Assembly (NCBI RefSeq): GCF_006345805.1
Contig: NW_021833065.1
Location: 310,001-374,000, forward strand
Direction: 5' to 3'
Origin: Octopus sinensis
Lineage: Eukaryota
Length of the DNA: 64,000 nucleotides
Shown: one piece after another, positions 25,440 to 36,606 of the stretch
Layout: the number at the start of each line of letters is the position of its first letter
Numbering within the stretch: the first letter of the stretch is position 1
The notes under the pieces: model-generated
Told to the model about the DNA's origin: nothing
The model's input: only the letters and a program-made list of their open reading frames with translations
Databases searched by the model: none
Made by a program: the position numbers and the translations under genes

Positions 25440-26497
25440 AGACTTGTAACATCGAGGGCAAATGAAAATTTCTGTGGGACAGCCTGCTGAGTACCACAAA
25501 CCAAATCTGCAGCTGGTGCTAAGCCCCATCCAGACCTAGGGTAACATGGTAGTGGAATGATGAGGGAGACAGGGCCATTAGAGCCCAGAAGAGTGTGGTT
25601 AGCAGGGAACTGTATCAGACAGTCAGAAGGGAAGCCAGGAGACAGGTATATCTAGCTAAGGGAGAAGCAGAAAAGAAGTTTGCTTATGTTCAGTGACGTG
25701 AGGACCAAAGAACTGGAGTGTTTCAGATTGTAAGACAGTGTGCGAGGGAAAATTATGATGTCATAGGAGAGAAATGTGTTGACATGGATGATAGTGCACT
25801 TTCATTTAATGATTCTGCAAAGAAAGAGGCTTGGAAATATTATGCAAGACTGCTGAATGTGGTTCACCAAGGAGTCATACCATATGACTGGTGTAACAGC
25901 ACCATAGTTAACTGCTACAAAGGTAAAGGTGATGCCTTAGATAGAAATAATTACAGAGGTATCAAGCTGTTGGATCAGGTGATGAAAGTAACAGAGTCAT
26001 AGCCCAACTAATTATGTGTCCAAAGCTTTGGACACATAAAAGGTGCAGCAATATCAGAGGAAGGTTAATAGGGAAACTAGCTTTTGTATGTGGAAGATGC
26101 GCAGGTACAATAAACTCTGAAAATGTGCAGAAAGTAGATTCCATAAACTGCCAGGTGAGGAGGGCAAGCTAGTGGTAGTAGATAGCTTGTTATCTAGGTA
26201 AACCAAGTTAGTAGTGGAGATGGATGCTCTGAGAGTATAGCTGTAAAGAATAAGATTAGGCTGGGAAAAATTCAGAGAGCTCCTACCTCTGTTGGCAACA
26301 AAGGGCTTCTCTTTCAGAGTGAAAGGCAGATTATATGATGCCTGTGTGCAAACAGCTATGCTACATGACAGTGAAACATGGGTTGTGACAGCCAAGGACA
26401 TGCATAGGCTTGAAAGAAATGTAGCCAGTATGCTTTGCAGGATGTGCAATGTCAGTGTGCATGTTCGAGAAAAGTTAGGCATAAGTGGCATCAGCTA
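25440..26497 (+). mobile_element. Internally deleted RTE-clade LINE fragment
   Basis: NCYKGKGDALDRNNYRGIKLLDQVMKV joined directly to the post-RT Cys-rich region and KGRLYDACVQTAMLH.SETW. The RT core is missing. Confidence 0.85.
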
Positions 26498-26516
26498 ATG
26501 ATGAAGATGACAATGA

Positions 26517-27300
26517 TACAGGGTGCGATGAATAAATTGTCATCTAAATTATACAAAAATGAAAATAACACTGAAATCTCATTTTGATTGATATATTTAC
26601 CAAAATTACATAAAACTATCTTGAAATACTAAAGAGTAAATTTATTCAACAAAATCCCAATTGGCTTCAACCATGGCCTCCAGATGACTTCACAATCTCC
26701 TGCAACTCTTCTGGATGGTCTCCTTGTGTAAATTGGTGAATGCTGCCATAATCCTTGCCTTCAGTTCATCTTTGGTGTTACAAGGAGTTTTGTTGGTCTC
26801 TGCTATCTGGGGAGTTAGGTGGCCAGATGTTAGGAGTGATGTGGTCACAGAAATTGACTGACAGCCATAACTGGGTTCTCCTGCTTGTGTGGTATGGTGC
26901 AGAGTCCTGTTGCCAGACATAGTGCCATCCAGCAGCCACCCTCTTTACCCAGGGCAGCACTGCCTCCTCCAGGCACTTGATGTAGGCCTCCATGTTGAGT
27001 CTGAGGCTGTGTGGAAAGATGAATGGAGGCATAATGTCACCATCACGAGTGATCATTTTAAACACCATGATGTTGACTGGATGTTTGAGTTTTATCACTC
27101 TCAGTATATATTTTGGGGACACGGAAAGCCAATGGCTGTTCTGTGTTCACCATCTGATCCTGGCAGAAAATTTTCTCATCTGAGAAAAACCAAAGCAAGT
27201 TCAGTTGGAGGAGATGTTTGAGTTTGTTCAAAAGCTTCATAGTGCAGTCTTTCCTCTTGTCCTTGGTAGTTCCAGAAATTCCAAGCCAGCAGCTACAGCG
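26517..27300 (-). mobile_element. Tc1/mariner superfamily (maT/DD37D-like) transposase relic with one terminus
   Basis: WFFSDEK, WQQDSAP.H and WPPNSPD motifs. TA-cagggtg terminus at 26517. A deletion after SPD prevents confirming the DDD spacing. Confidence 0.75.
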
Positions 27301-27359
27301 AAGAAGATGAGCCTCATCCTGGAAGATCTGTAGAGCTCATCCTGAAGATCTGTAGACCT

Positions 27360-27853
27360 CACTGAGGACATCCAGCAAACCCTGGTGGAACAAAATCCCA
27401 TCATGACTGTTGAGCAACTAGCAGAGAAGCTTGGATTTGGTCATTCAACCATTCATTGACAACTACATGCCATCAGAAAAGTCAGCAAATTGGGTCAATG
27501 GGTTCTTCATAAACTTTCCGAGTCTAATCATGCGTAGAGAGTGAATGTGTGCTCTTCTTTGCTGTCACATCTCACAAATGAACCGTTTTTGGACCGAATA
27601 GTGACTGGAGACAAGAAATGGGTTCTCTATAAAAATATTGAGTGCCAAAGACAATGGGTAGGAAAAGGAGAAACAGGCTAAAGGTCTTCACCCACGTAAG
27701 GTGTTAGTATCTGTTTGGTGGGATATGAAAGGTTTAGTCCACTTTGAACTGTTAAACCCAAACCAAACGATAACAAAGGAGATCTACTGTGAGCAGTTTG
27801 AGCAGCTTAAATCAGCACTAGAAGAAAAACAACTATCTTTGGTTTCAAGACGA
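27360..27853 (+). mobile_element. Mariner (DD34D-type) transposase relic
   Basis: KLGQWV.HKL, FLDRIVTGDKKWVLY.N and SVWWDMKGLVHFELLNPNQTIT.EIYCEQ, with stops and frameshifts. Confidence 0.85.
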
Positions 27854-27944
27854 TGTGTGTGTGTGTGTATACTCTTTTATTCTTTTAAATGTTTCAACCC
27901 TAAGGCTGTGGTCATGCTGGAGCACCACCAATGTGATTGGCTTT

Positions 27945-28420
27945 TGGTGAAGGAGGGAGTTCAACACTGCCACCCGCTTCTGAGTTTCCTGCCTTGATAT
28001 TGGTTTATTTGGGACCTTGGATAGCAGGGGGTCAAGTTATTTCTTGAAAACATCTACCCCTCTTCAATGAAGATGCCTCAGATGTTTTGACAAGGCCTTA
28101 ACTAGCTATGGGCCCTTGAATCCCAAGCTATTGCAGTACATAGTCTTCACTCTAGACAGGATAGTTGGGACCTTCGGAACAGTACAGTGACATCCAGTTT
28201 GGGGACTGGTATAGCTCTCAATACCAAAGTTTGGTGCTAGCCCCTCCAGGATCTGCATACCTCTCCTGTCTTCTCTCCAGGGAGTAGAGTCATAGCTCTT
28301 TCAGTCTCCTCCTGTAGCTCAGCTGTTCCATTGATGCAATCTACTTGGTGTAACACCACTGAACTGCCTCAAGTTCTGCTATTGATTTGACACTGTAGAG
28401 TGACCACAGTTGAGACAAGT
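27945..28420 (-). mobile_element. CR1-group LINE ORF2 C-terminal relic
   Basis: Minus strand reads ..VKTMYCNSLGFKGP*LVKALSKHLRHLH..VDVFKK*LDPLLSKVPNKP..NSL. Confidence 0.5.
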
Positions 28421-29923
28421 AGTCCAGATGGCTGAGTACCTAGCACACACTGTAAAGTGGTTGGCATTAGAAAGGTCTTCCAGCCATAGAAACCATGCTA
28501 AACAGACATTGGAGCATGATACAGCTCTTGGGCTCATGGAATTCAGTCAAACCATCCAACCCATGTAAATATAGAACATGGATATTAATTAATGATGATG
28601 ATGGGTGTGTGTGTGTGTGTGTATACTAGCAGAATAGTTGGTATTGTTCAAACTGAACAGTAGCTATAAAGTGAAGGCATTTTCAACTGTGCAATGTCTA
28701 ATGCATAGCACTATTGATATAAAAAGTATATTTCATAATTTAAATGTGAAAAATTACATGGTTCTAATTTATGCAAATTAAAAAACAAAATATTTACTTA
28801 ATCTTTTATTCTTGATATTCCTTAATTCTTAAAATAGCTTGAGAAATGAGTAAAAACAAGAGTGTTGGAAAGTAAAAGCACTTGTAGAGATAAAATCATT
28901 CCTATAATGTGCAGAAACCAGAGTGCTCAAAGGAAACCCACACATCCAAATATTGGAAATGCAATATGTATAGTGATTAAGAAATTGTATTAAAAGTCGC
29001 AGTGAACCCAGCTTATATAATATTAGATTAATACCTTGGGAATTCTTAACATTATTCTGTATACTCACTCAAAAAACTGTATCTTTTAAAGAACCTAAGA
29101 ACCTCCAGGGACTGTATAAATACCAAGAGTGAAAATTTCTCATGTCTATATTTTACTAGTGAGTGTGTTAAATTATAAGGCACTAAAAGAGAATAACTCT
29201 CCCCTATTTTAATAGGAATTAAAGACAAGCCATCAGGCAAACCATAGTACATTCCAACGATGGTTTACAAAATTTTCACTACTCATATGAGATTATGTGT
29301 TTGCTGTTCAGTAAATTATCTCCCCCTAATCACTGTATTTTCTTAAACCAAGCATGCTCAGTGAAACCTTGCTTACGTCAAATGCAGCTACTAAACTGCT
29401 TTATTGACATAACCAGCTTTAAAAAATTGTTAAATAAATTTAATATTCCAGCCAGGAAACCTGGATAGCTGAATTTCACAAGGCTTTCTGTGTTTCTTAT
29501 CAATAATATCTTTACTCTCTTAAGTGATCAAGTGCTCAACTACTTGTCGAACATCATATACACACACCTCCATATGTGCTACCAGTTTTAACTTCAACTA
29601 CTCACCTTATACACTCAACAAAATCTCTACTAAATCTCTCACTGCCCTGATTTAACCAGTGTTAGTAAATTCACTCAATCAACAACTAGCAATAGATCAT
29701 CATCATTTAACGTCTATTCTCTATGCTGGCATGGGTTGGACAATTTGACAGGTGTCAGTCAGCTGGAGAGCTTCCCAGGCTCTATTTGTCTGTCTTGGCA
29801 TGGTTTTTATGGCTGGATGCCCTTCCTAATGCCAACCACTTGCAGAGTGTACTAGGTGCTTTTATGTGGCACCAGCATGGGTGCTGTTACGTAGCACTAG
29901 AACCCAAAAGCCCGCAAAACTAG

Positions 29924-31378
29924 GATGACCTTGCTCTAATAGCTGATTCACTGCCAGAACTAGAGACGAAGTTTAGGGTGTGGAGGCAAGGTCTAGAATC
30001 GAAAGGCCTTAGGGTTAATCTAGCAAAAACCAAAGTCTTAGTAAGTAGGAAGGCTAACAAATCACAATTCCCTTCAAATAGATGGCTCTACTTGATCTGT
30101 AGAAAAGGCGTGGGTAGAAACTCTGTACAATGTACCCATGCAAGCTATGGACGCATAAAAGGTGCAACAATATCAAAGGAAGGTTAACTGGGAAGATAGT
30201 TTTTATGTGTGGCAGATGCACAGGGGCAATAAACACTGAAGATGTACAGAAAACATTCCATTACATACCAGGGGGAAAAACTATAAGTAGTTGATAGCTT
30301 CCGCTACCTAGGTGACCAAGTCTGTAGTGGGAGTGGTTGTTCTGAGAGTGTAGCTGCTAGAATAAGAATAGCCTGGGCAAAGTTCAGGAAACTCTTACTG
30401 GCAACTAAGGGCCTCTCGCTCAGGATAAAAGGTAGACTGTATGATGCTTGTGTGTGAACTGCCATGCTACACGGCAGTGAAACATGGACCATGACTGCTG
30501 AGGACATGCGTAAGCTTGAATGAAATGAAGCTAGTTTGATCCGTTAGATGTGTAATGTCAGTGTGCATACACGACAGAGTGCGAACGTCTTGAGAGAAAA
30601 GTTGGACATAAGAAGCATCATATGCAGTATGCAAGAGAGACGACTGCACTGGTGTGGTCAAGTGTTACATATGTATGAGGACAGCTGTGTGAAGAAGTGC
30701 CACACCTTAACTGTGGGAGGAACCAGTGAAAGAGGTAGACCCAGGAAAACATGGGATGAGGTGGTGAAGCATGAGCTTTGAACATTGGGCCTCACAGAGG
30801 CAATGACAGGAAACCAAGACCTTTAGAGATATCCTGTGATTAAGAAGATTCGACAACTAAAGTGAGATCGTAGCCATGGTTAAAGCCAGTATTGCATGCC
30901 CAGCCCATTTAGGAGTACCCTTGATGCATCAGGCAATATATGCTTGAAAAGGGAAGACCTGCTGAGACAAGTAAAACCAATATCGTAGCTGTGGCCAATG
31001 CTTCATGACTGGCTCCCGTGTCAGTGAAACATACAAAGAACCATCTAAATGTGGTTGATGCCAGGGCCACCTGACTGGCTCTTGTGTCAGTGGCACATAA
31101 AAAGCACCATCCAAACGTGGCCGATACCAGTGCCACCTGACTGGCTCCCATGCCGGTGGCACGTAAAAAGCACTATCTGAACATGATCGACTGTGCTGGT
31201 GGCACGTAAAAAGCACCCACTACACTCTCAGAATGGTTGGTGTTAGGAAAGGCATCCAGCTGTAGAAACATTGTCAGATCAGATTGGAGCCTGGGGCAGA
31301 TGCTGGCTCTCCAGACCTCAGTCAAGCTGTCCAACCCATGCCAGTATGGAAAACGGACATTAAATGACGACGATGATG
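29924..31378 (+). mobile_element. RTE LINE 3' half with full 3' UTR (VNTR) and (GAT)n tail
   Basis: DDLALIA..WRQGLESKGLRVNLAKTK, then a Cys-rich insert, GRPRKTWDEVVK, tandem hairpin units and the tail. Confidence 0.88.
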
Positions 31379-31559
31379 GAGCACGTGGGCTTCATTTCTT
31401 TAAAGCCTTCACACATCCTCAGTAGCCAAAGCCCATGTCTCACTACCATGTAGCATAATTGTTCATGGATAGGCATCATACAATCTACCTCTTACTCTGA
31501 GGGAGAGGTTCTTTGTTATCAACAAATGTAGCAGCTCTCTGAAATTTGTCCAGCCTGTT

Positions 31560-33130
31560 CTTATTTTAGCAGCTACACTTTTAGAACTACCCCCACCACT
31601 GCTAACTTGGTCACCCAAATAACGGAAATTGCCTACCACTTTTAAAAATACCCCCCAGACATTTGAAGGAGTCTATTTTCTCAACATACCTGGTGTTTAA
31701 TATATCTGCACATCTGCTACATATAAAGACAGCTTTTTCCATTAATCTTCCTGTGATGCTGTTGTACCTTTTATGTGTCCATTGTTTGCACTTAGTACAC
31801 TGTACAGAATTTCTACCAACACCTTTTCTAAATATTGAACAGGACCAACTCCTTGAAGGGATCAGTGACTTGTCTATTTTCCTACTTATTAGGACTTTGG
31901 TCTTTGCTGAAATGACTCTAAGACCCTTTGATTCCAGGCCTTGCTTCCACATGTCTTCTCTAATTCTGGTAATGATTCAGCAATAAGAACAAGGTCATCA
32001 GTGAAGAGAAGTTCCTAAGAGCAGCCTGTCTTAAATTCCTGTTATGGCCTAATGGACTATGATAAATAAGAGGGGGGTTGAGAACTAATCCCTGGTGAAC
32101 TCCTACCTGTACACTAAATTCCTTGCTATACTCATTGCCAACTTTCACCTTACTGACAGCATCCCTGTACATGGCTTTTACAGCTCTCACCAACCACTCA
32201 TCTATCCCTATTTTCTGTATTGTCCACAAGATAAGGGAGTAGGGGATCTTGTCAAAGGCTTTCTCCATGTCAACAAAAGCTGAATACAGAGTTTTTTTTT
32301 TGGCCAAGTACTTCGCTTGCAGGTGCCTTACCATGAAGATAGCATTAATAGTGTTTCTTCCTGGCACAAGATCAAACTGCATCTCATCTATTAATCTTCC
32401 TGATTAATTAACCCTCTCTGTAACTTTTATCACCTCGTCCAGCAGTTTGGTGCCTCTGTAATTATTTCTACCTGAGTCATCACCTTTACTTTTGTAGCAC
32501 ATGACTATAATGCTGCTATACCAGTTGTTGAATATGACTCCCGCATGGACAACCTGATTAATTATACAGGTGACTAGGCCATATCCTTAATTACTTGGTA
32601 GATAATACCAAGCTACTGTTGATTTGGATAGCCAATCCCTTTGTTAGGTCCATGCTAGGCAAGCTCTCCTTCTCCCATACATTCTTTACGTTTAGCAATC
32701 TTTCATAGAGGTAATTCCAAGCCTCCTTCTTTGCAGAATTGCTAACTGCAAATGAGCCATCATCCATGCAAAAACACTTCTCTTGTACATCATGATTCTC
32801 TCTGGTACACTATCTTATAATCCAAAATACTTAAAGTCTCTGGTTCTCATACTGCAGAACATTGGCAAACTTTTTCCTGTCTGCTTTTCCCCCAGTTAAG
32901 TATACCTGTCTTCTAGCTACTTGTAGTTCTCTGCTAGCACCAATTATTCCGAGTCTGTTTCTTTACCCTATCAGCCCTGGCTACTACACCATTCCACCAC
33001 CACATCACCAGCCACAGATTTGGTCTATGACACTCAGTATGTTGTCCCACTGAAAATTTCAGTTATCCTTTATGGCCTGTAGCTCTTCATCCTTCTCTTT
33101 AAATATCTTAATTAGGGTGTCTCTAAATTT
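31560..33130 (-). mobile_element. RTE LINE fragment (RT region)
   Basis: MQFDLVPGRNTINAIF.VRHLQ.KYLAK, FVDMEKAFD and VGVHQG.VL.P, followed by WKQGLESKGLRV. Confidence 0.88.
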
Positions 33131-33469
33131 CTGACTATTCAAAGGATCCTTAAACTTCCAAACCCTTCATTTCCAGATAATGTCCAATATTCAACACAAC
33201 AAAATGGTTATCACTACACATCTACGAATTGGTAACTGACCTACTAGAAATGGTAGCTAACATGAAATCCAACAAGAAAGTTTTTGTGGAATCATTACCT
33301 GTTCCCAAACTGTTTTCTTTACCATGCACAACCAGAAACAAAAACACTACACTTTTTCTCATAAAACCTCAATTTCAAAGAAATATGTTACTACCAGAAG
33401 CCTTCCTTTTCCAGAAATGCAACCTTCGAGAATTCCCTTCCTGTTCCAATTTTTTTTTTTTTTCATACA

Positions 33470-33872
33470 AGTAGGAGTGGCTGTGTGGTAAGTAGCTTGC
33501 TTACCAACCACATGGTTCTGGGTTCAGTCCCACTGCGTGGAACCTTGGGCAAGTGTCTTCTACTATAGCCTCGGGCCGACCAAAGCCTTGTGAATGGATT
33601 TGCTAGATGGAAACTGAAAGAAGCCAGTCGTATATATGTATATATATATATGTATGTGTATATGTTTGTGTGTCTGTGTTTGTCCCCCCAACATCGCTTG
33701 ACAACCAATGCTGGTGTGTGTTTACGTTCCCGTAACTTAGCGGTTCGGCAAAAGAGACCGAGAGAATAAGTACTGGGCTTACAAAGAATAAGTCCTGGGG
33801 TCGATTTACTCGACTAAAAGGTGGTGCTCCAGCATGGCCACAGTCAGATGACTGAAACAAGTAAAAGAGTAA
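33470..33872 (+). mobile_element. tRNA-derived SINE, full length
   Basis: gagtggctgtgtggtaag head, ggttcagtcccactgcgtgg, internal (TA)/(TG) spacer and gtaaaagagtaaa tail. Confidence 0.8.
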
Positions 33873-34799
33873 ATATCTTTCACATAAGATGCTGCAAAAG
33901 TCATGAGTTCTTAGATTACTAAAAACAAAAAACATCTTTTAACAACATTTTAACTGAACTTATGCAATCAATTTTATCTTGGAAAAATTTTTGTAATAAT
34001 TATATAATTCCTTTAAGCCCACTATAAATACCTAAATAAAAACACTTTTGGACTATTTGCATTCATTTTTACTGGTGCATATAGCTAGTTCCCTGATTCT
34101 GCTGTTTTACCAAACAAAACAGGGCTGGTCCTTTAATTTAAGTTATGGTTCTATTGTGACTGGAATTATGGTTTCAAGATTTGGAATACCAACAAGTTAT
34201 TCATATACTTTTACAATAAATAGGTAATTGTACTCAAACACCTGTTGCCAAATCTATATCACCTGATTATTTATTCTGTTTTGACCAATATTTCATCAAT
34301 TATAGAGAAAGCATGTATTGTTTCAAATCCATCCAACCCAATGAGACCCAACTAGGTTGTGGATCAGTCGTTAGACTTTCCAGTTCTTTCAAGGTGTTAT
34401 ATAATCACACACACACACACCCATCCCCGAAAGTTTTTGAGAAAAATAAGAATTTCCTTCTTATTTCGAATTGATGCATTTCCTTAGAATGTAGAAATTT
34501 ATAAAATATAGACTTCTTAGGTAGAGCTAAGGCTTAGAACTATGAAGGAAAGGTGGTCGTTAAAGGAATTTATTAAGTGAAATAGCTACAAGGAGGGGAA
34601 TGAAGAAATTAGTTGCATCATTGACTCGCCAAAGATTTCTCTCTGCACAATACCGATTCCAGTTATATAAGATTTATAATAATAATTTTTATAAAATTGA
34701 TAAATTCCCTCTGTAAAGCTTTCGACGATAAAGAACAAAATCATCCACTTGAAAATTGTTTTTAATCTGTAATAAAGAATAAGCACGATTTATTTTTAT

Positions 34800-35933
34800 A
34801 GTAATTATGAAACCAAAATTATCTTGACCAAGGTCATAAGGTCAGGTAAGTAATCTCCTGAGCAACACGGGCTATTTTGTCGTAATATTTTGATCATTTG
34901 CAACAAAATGGGAAAGACGAAAAAAATTTTTTTTTCCTAAGGGTGGTCTTTGGTGGGGGATGGGCGGAAGTTTCAGTAAGAACAGAAAGTGGGACACTCC
35001 TTGGTTTTCCGGAACTGATGAAAATAAAGCGTTTACTTTTGTCAAAAGTGTAGATATAAGTGTTTTACAAAAATAGAAATTATTAAGGAACGAAAGTCGT
35101 TAGCAATAGGCAGTAGAATGCTAGCTTTTTTTTTTTTAACTAACCTTTTTCTTACTGTTTTGAAGAGAACAAAAGCACGGTTATAAACTACCCAACTGTA
35201 TCAAGTGTTAACAAAAGAGATACAATTACTATACAAATACACGAAAGGCAATTACTTTTCTTCAAAATTATGGTCTTTGTCATGGCATTCGACTTCGTGT
35301 AGTGACTGCATGAAGCTCACTAAAGAATCCCGTTGTACAGAGGATGCTTACGGAGATAAACCTAAGACGACTTCGTTGAAAGAAATTCATTGCGAGCAGT
35401 CACATTTAATGTCGGAGGCGGGGCACAAACGCATAGTAACGTCGTTCAGTCGAGAATATTTAATATTACGCCTTTCTTAACGACGGATATAAACAATCAC
35501 TAAAAAAAAAGATTGAATCTATTTTTTCAAAACTTATTTAAAAAATAGACTCACTTTTTGCCCGGTTCAACATTTTCACCTTCTTTGCGAAGGAAAACCC
35601 ATTCGCAAAAGAAAACACTCTTTAACTTTGGGAAACACCTTTACTTTTAACAAAGTAAACACTTTCATGGGGCCCTGGCAACAAAGAAGCACCGAAAGTG
35701 GGAACAGAGTTTTCTAATAGTTTACCACTGAAACATGACAAGTCATATTGTTCAACTGGTGATCGATAAAATCAGTTTCATATACGACATGTCATTCTCG
35801 CATTCTCAAAGTTTTCAGAATTAACCTCTTGGAAAGTAATTAGAGTGACCTGAAAGGGGAGGTAATTCCAGCGTTTGAAGCCTGCGCTCGTGCGTAGCCT
35901 CGTTGTGGTTGTACTCCCTCTCTTCTGTTCGAC
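34800..35933 (+). promoter_or_regulatory. CpG-enriched promoter region of CYC1
   Basis: Visibly more CpG than the flanks. AGGTCA-ta-AGGTCA at 34831-34844, GGGCGGAAGT (GC-box/ETS) at 34962, GGAGGCGGGG at ~35415, DRE-like ATCGATA at 35762, and a pyrimidine tract before the ATG. Confidence 0.6.
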
Positions 35934-36005
35934 ATGGCTTCGCTGCTCAATAATGGGCTGAGGCCCGTTTTATCACGGTGGCCGGCCAACTTTCATATTC
36001 AAAAG
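35934..36005 (+). CDS. CYC1: Cytochrome c1 exon 1 (mitochondrial presequence)
   Basis: ATG in gacATGG context within a CpG-enriched region. Translates MASLLNNGLRPVLSRWPANFHIQK, with no acidic residues. Donor AAG|gtatga, phase 0. Confidence 0.8.
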
Positions 36006-36575
36006 GTATGATTAAAAAGTTTACTTTTCATGCTTTTTTCATTATCTCATTTCATTAAAATCAAAATACATTCTATATCATAGTCCTTTCAAGATTTCTA
36101 AACCAGTACTGTCTTTCCACAATGTCACTCGAAGGTCTAATATTATGAAGGTCTTTCAGATGATAGTAGTTACTCATTATTTTAACCTTTTCATCTCCAG
36201 TTTCACTGTTCATTCAACATTCATTCAATTAATTGCTAATAATTCATTATGAACCGTTTTAATGATATAGTCTTTACCGTTATAGGTTTAAATTTTGGAA
36301 TCTCCAGTAATTCATTCTCATTATCAATACACACACATCACATCATACACACATAGATTGATGAAGTTTTAAATTCTCAAAATTAAAAAAAAAATTATTA
36401 CTCAATCCCTTTTTTATATTTGTTAAAATTGTTCTTTATGTATTGAGATCTATGAATTACGGATCATACATTGTATATTTCATTTTATTTCGTTTAACGT
36501 TATTTTCTTATTGTTTTGTTATTAATAACTGACTTTGCCCACAATCTAATATTTTGTGCTAATAACGAGTGAACC

Positions 36576-36580
<5 letters not shown>

Positions 36581-36606
<26 letters not shown>
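36581..36606. repeat. (TA)n microsatellite
   Basis: Direct observation. Confidence 0.9.

Noticed and set aside
28826-28990. Minus-strand hydrophobic frame open if TGA=Trp (possible NUMT)
   Set aside because: I could not match it to any mitochondrial protein I recognise. Hydrophobic frames arise by chance in T-rich DNA. A BLAST against the mitogenome would settle it.
24589-33872. Mirror arrangement SINE(-)/RTE(+) ... RTE(-)/SINE(+) suggesting a large inverted duplication or composite transposon
   Set aside because: The copies have different breakpoints and deletions, and the spacers are unrelated. Independent insertions of abundant families explain it.
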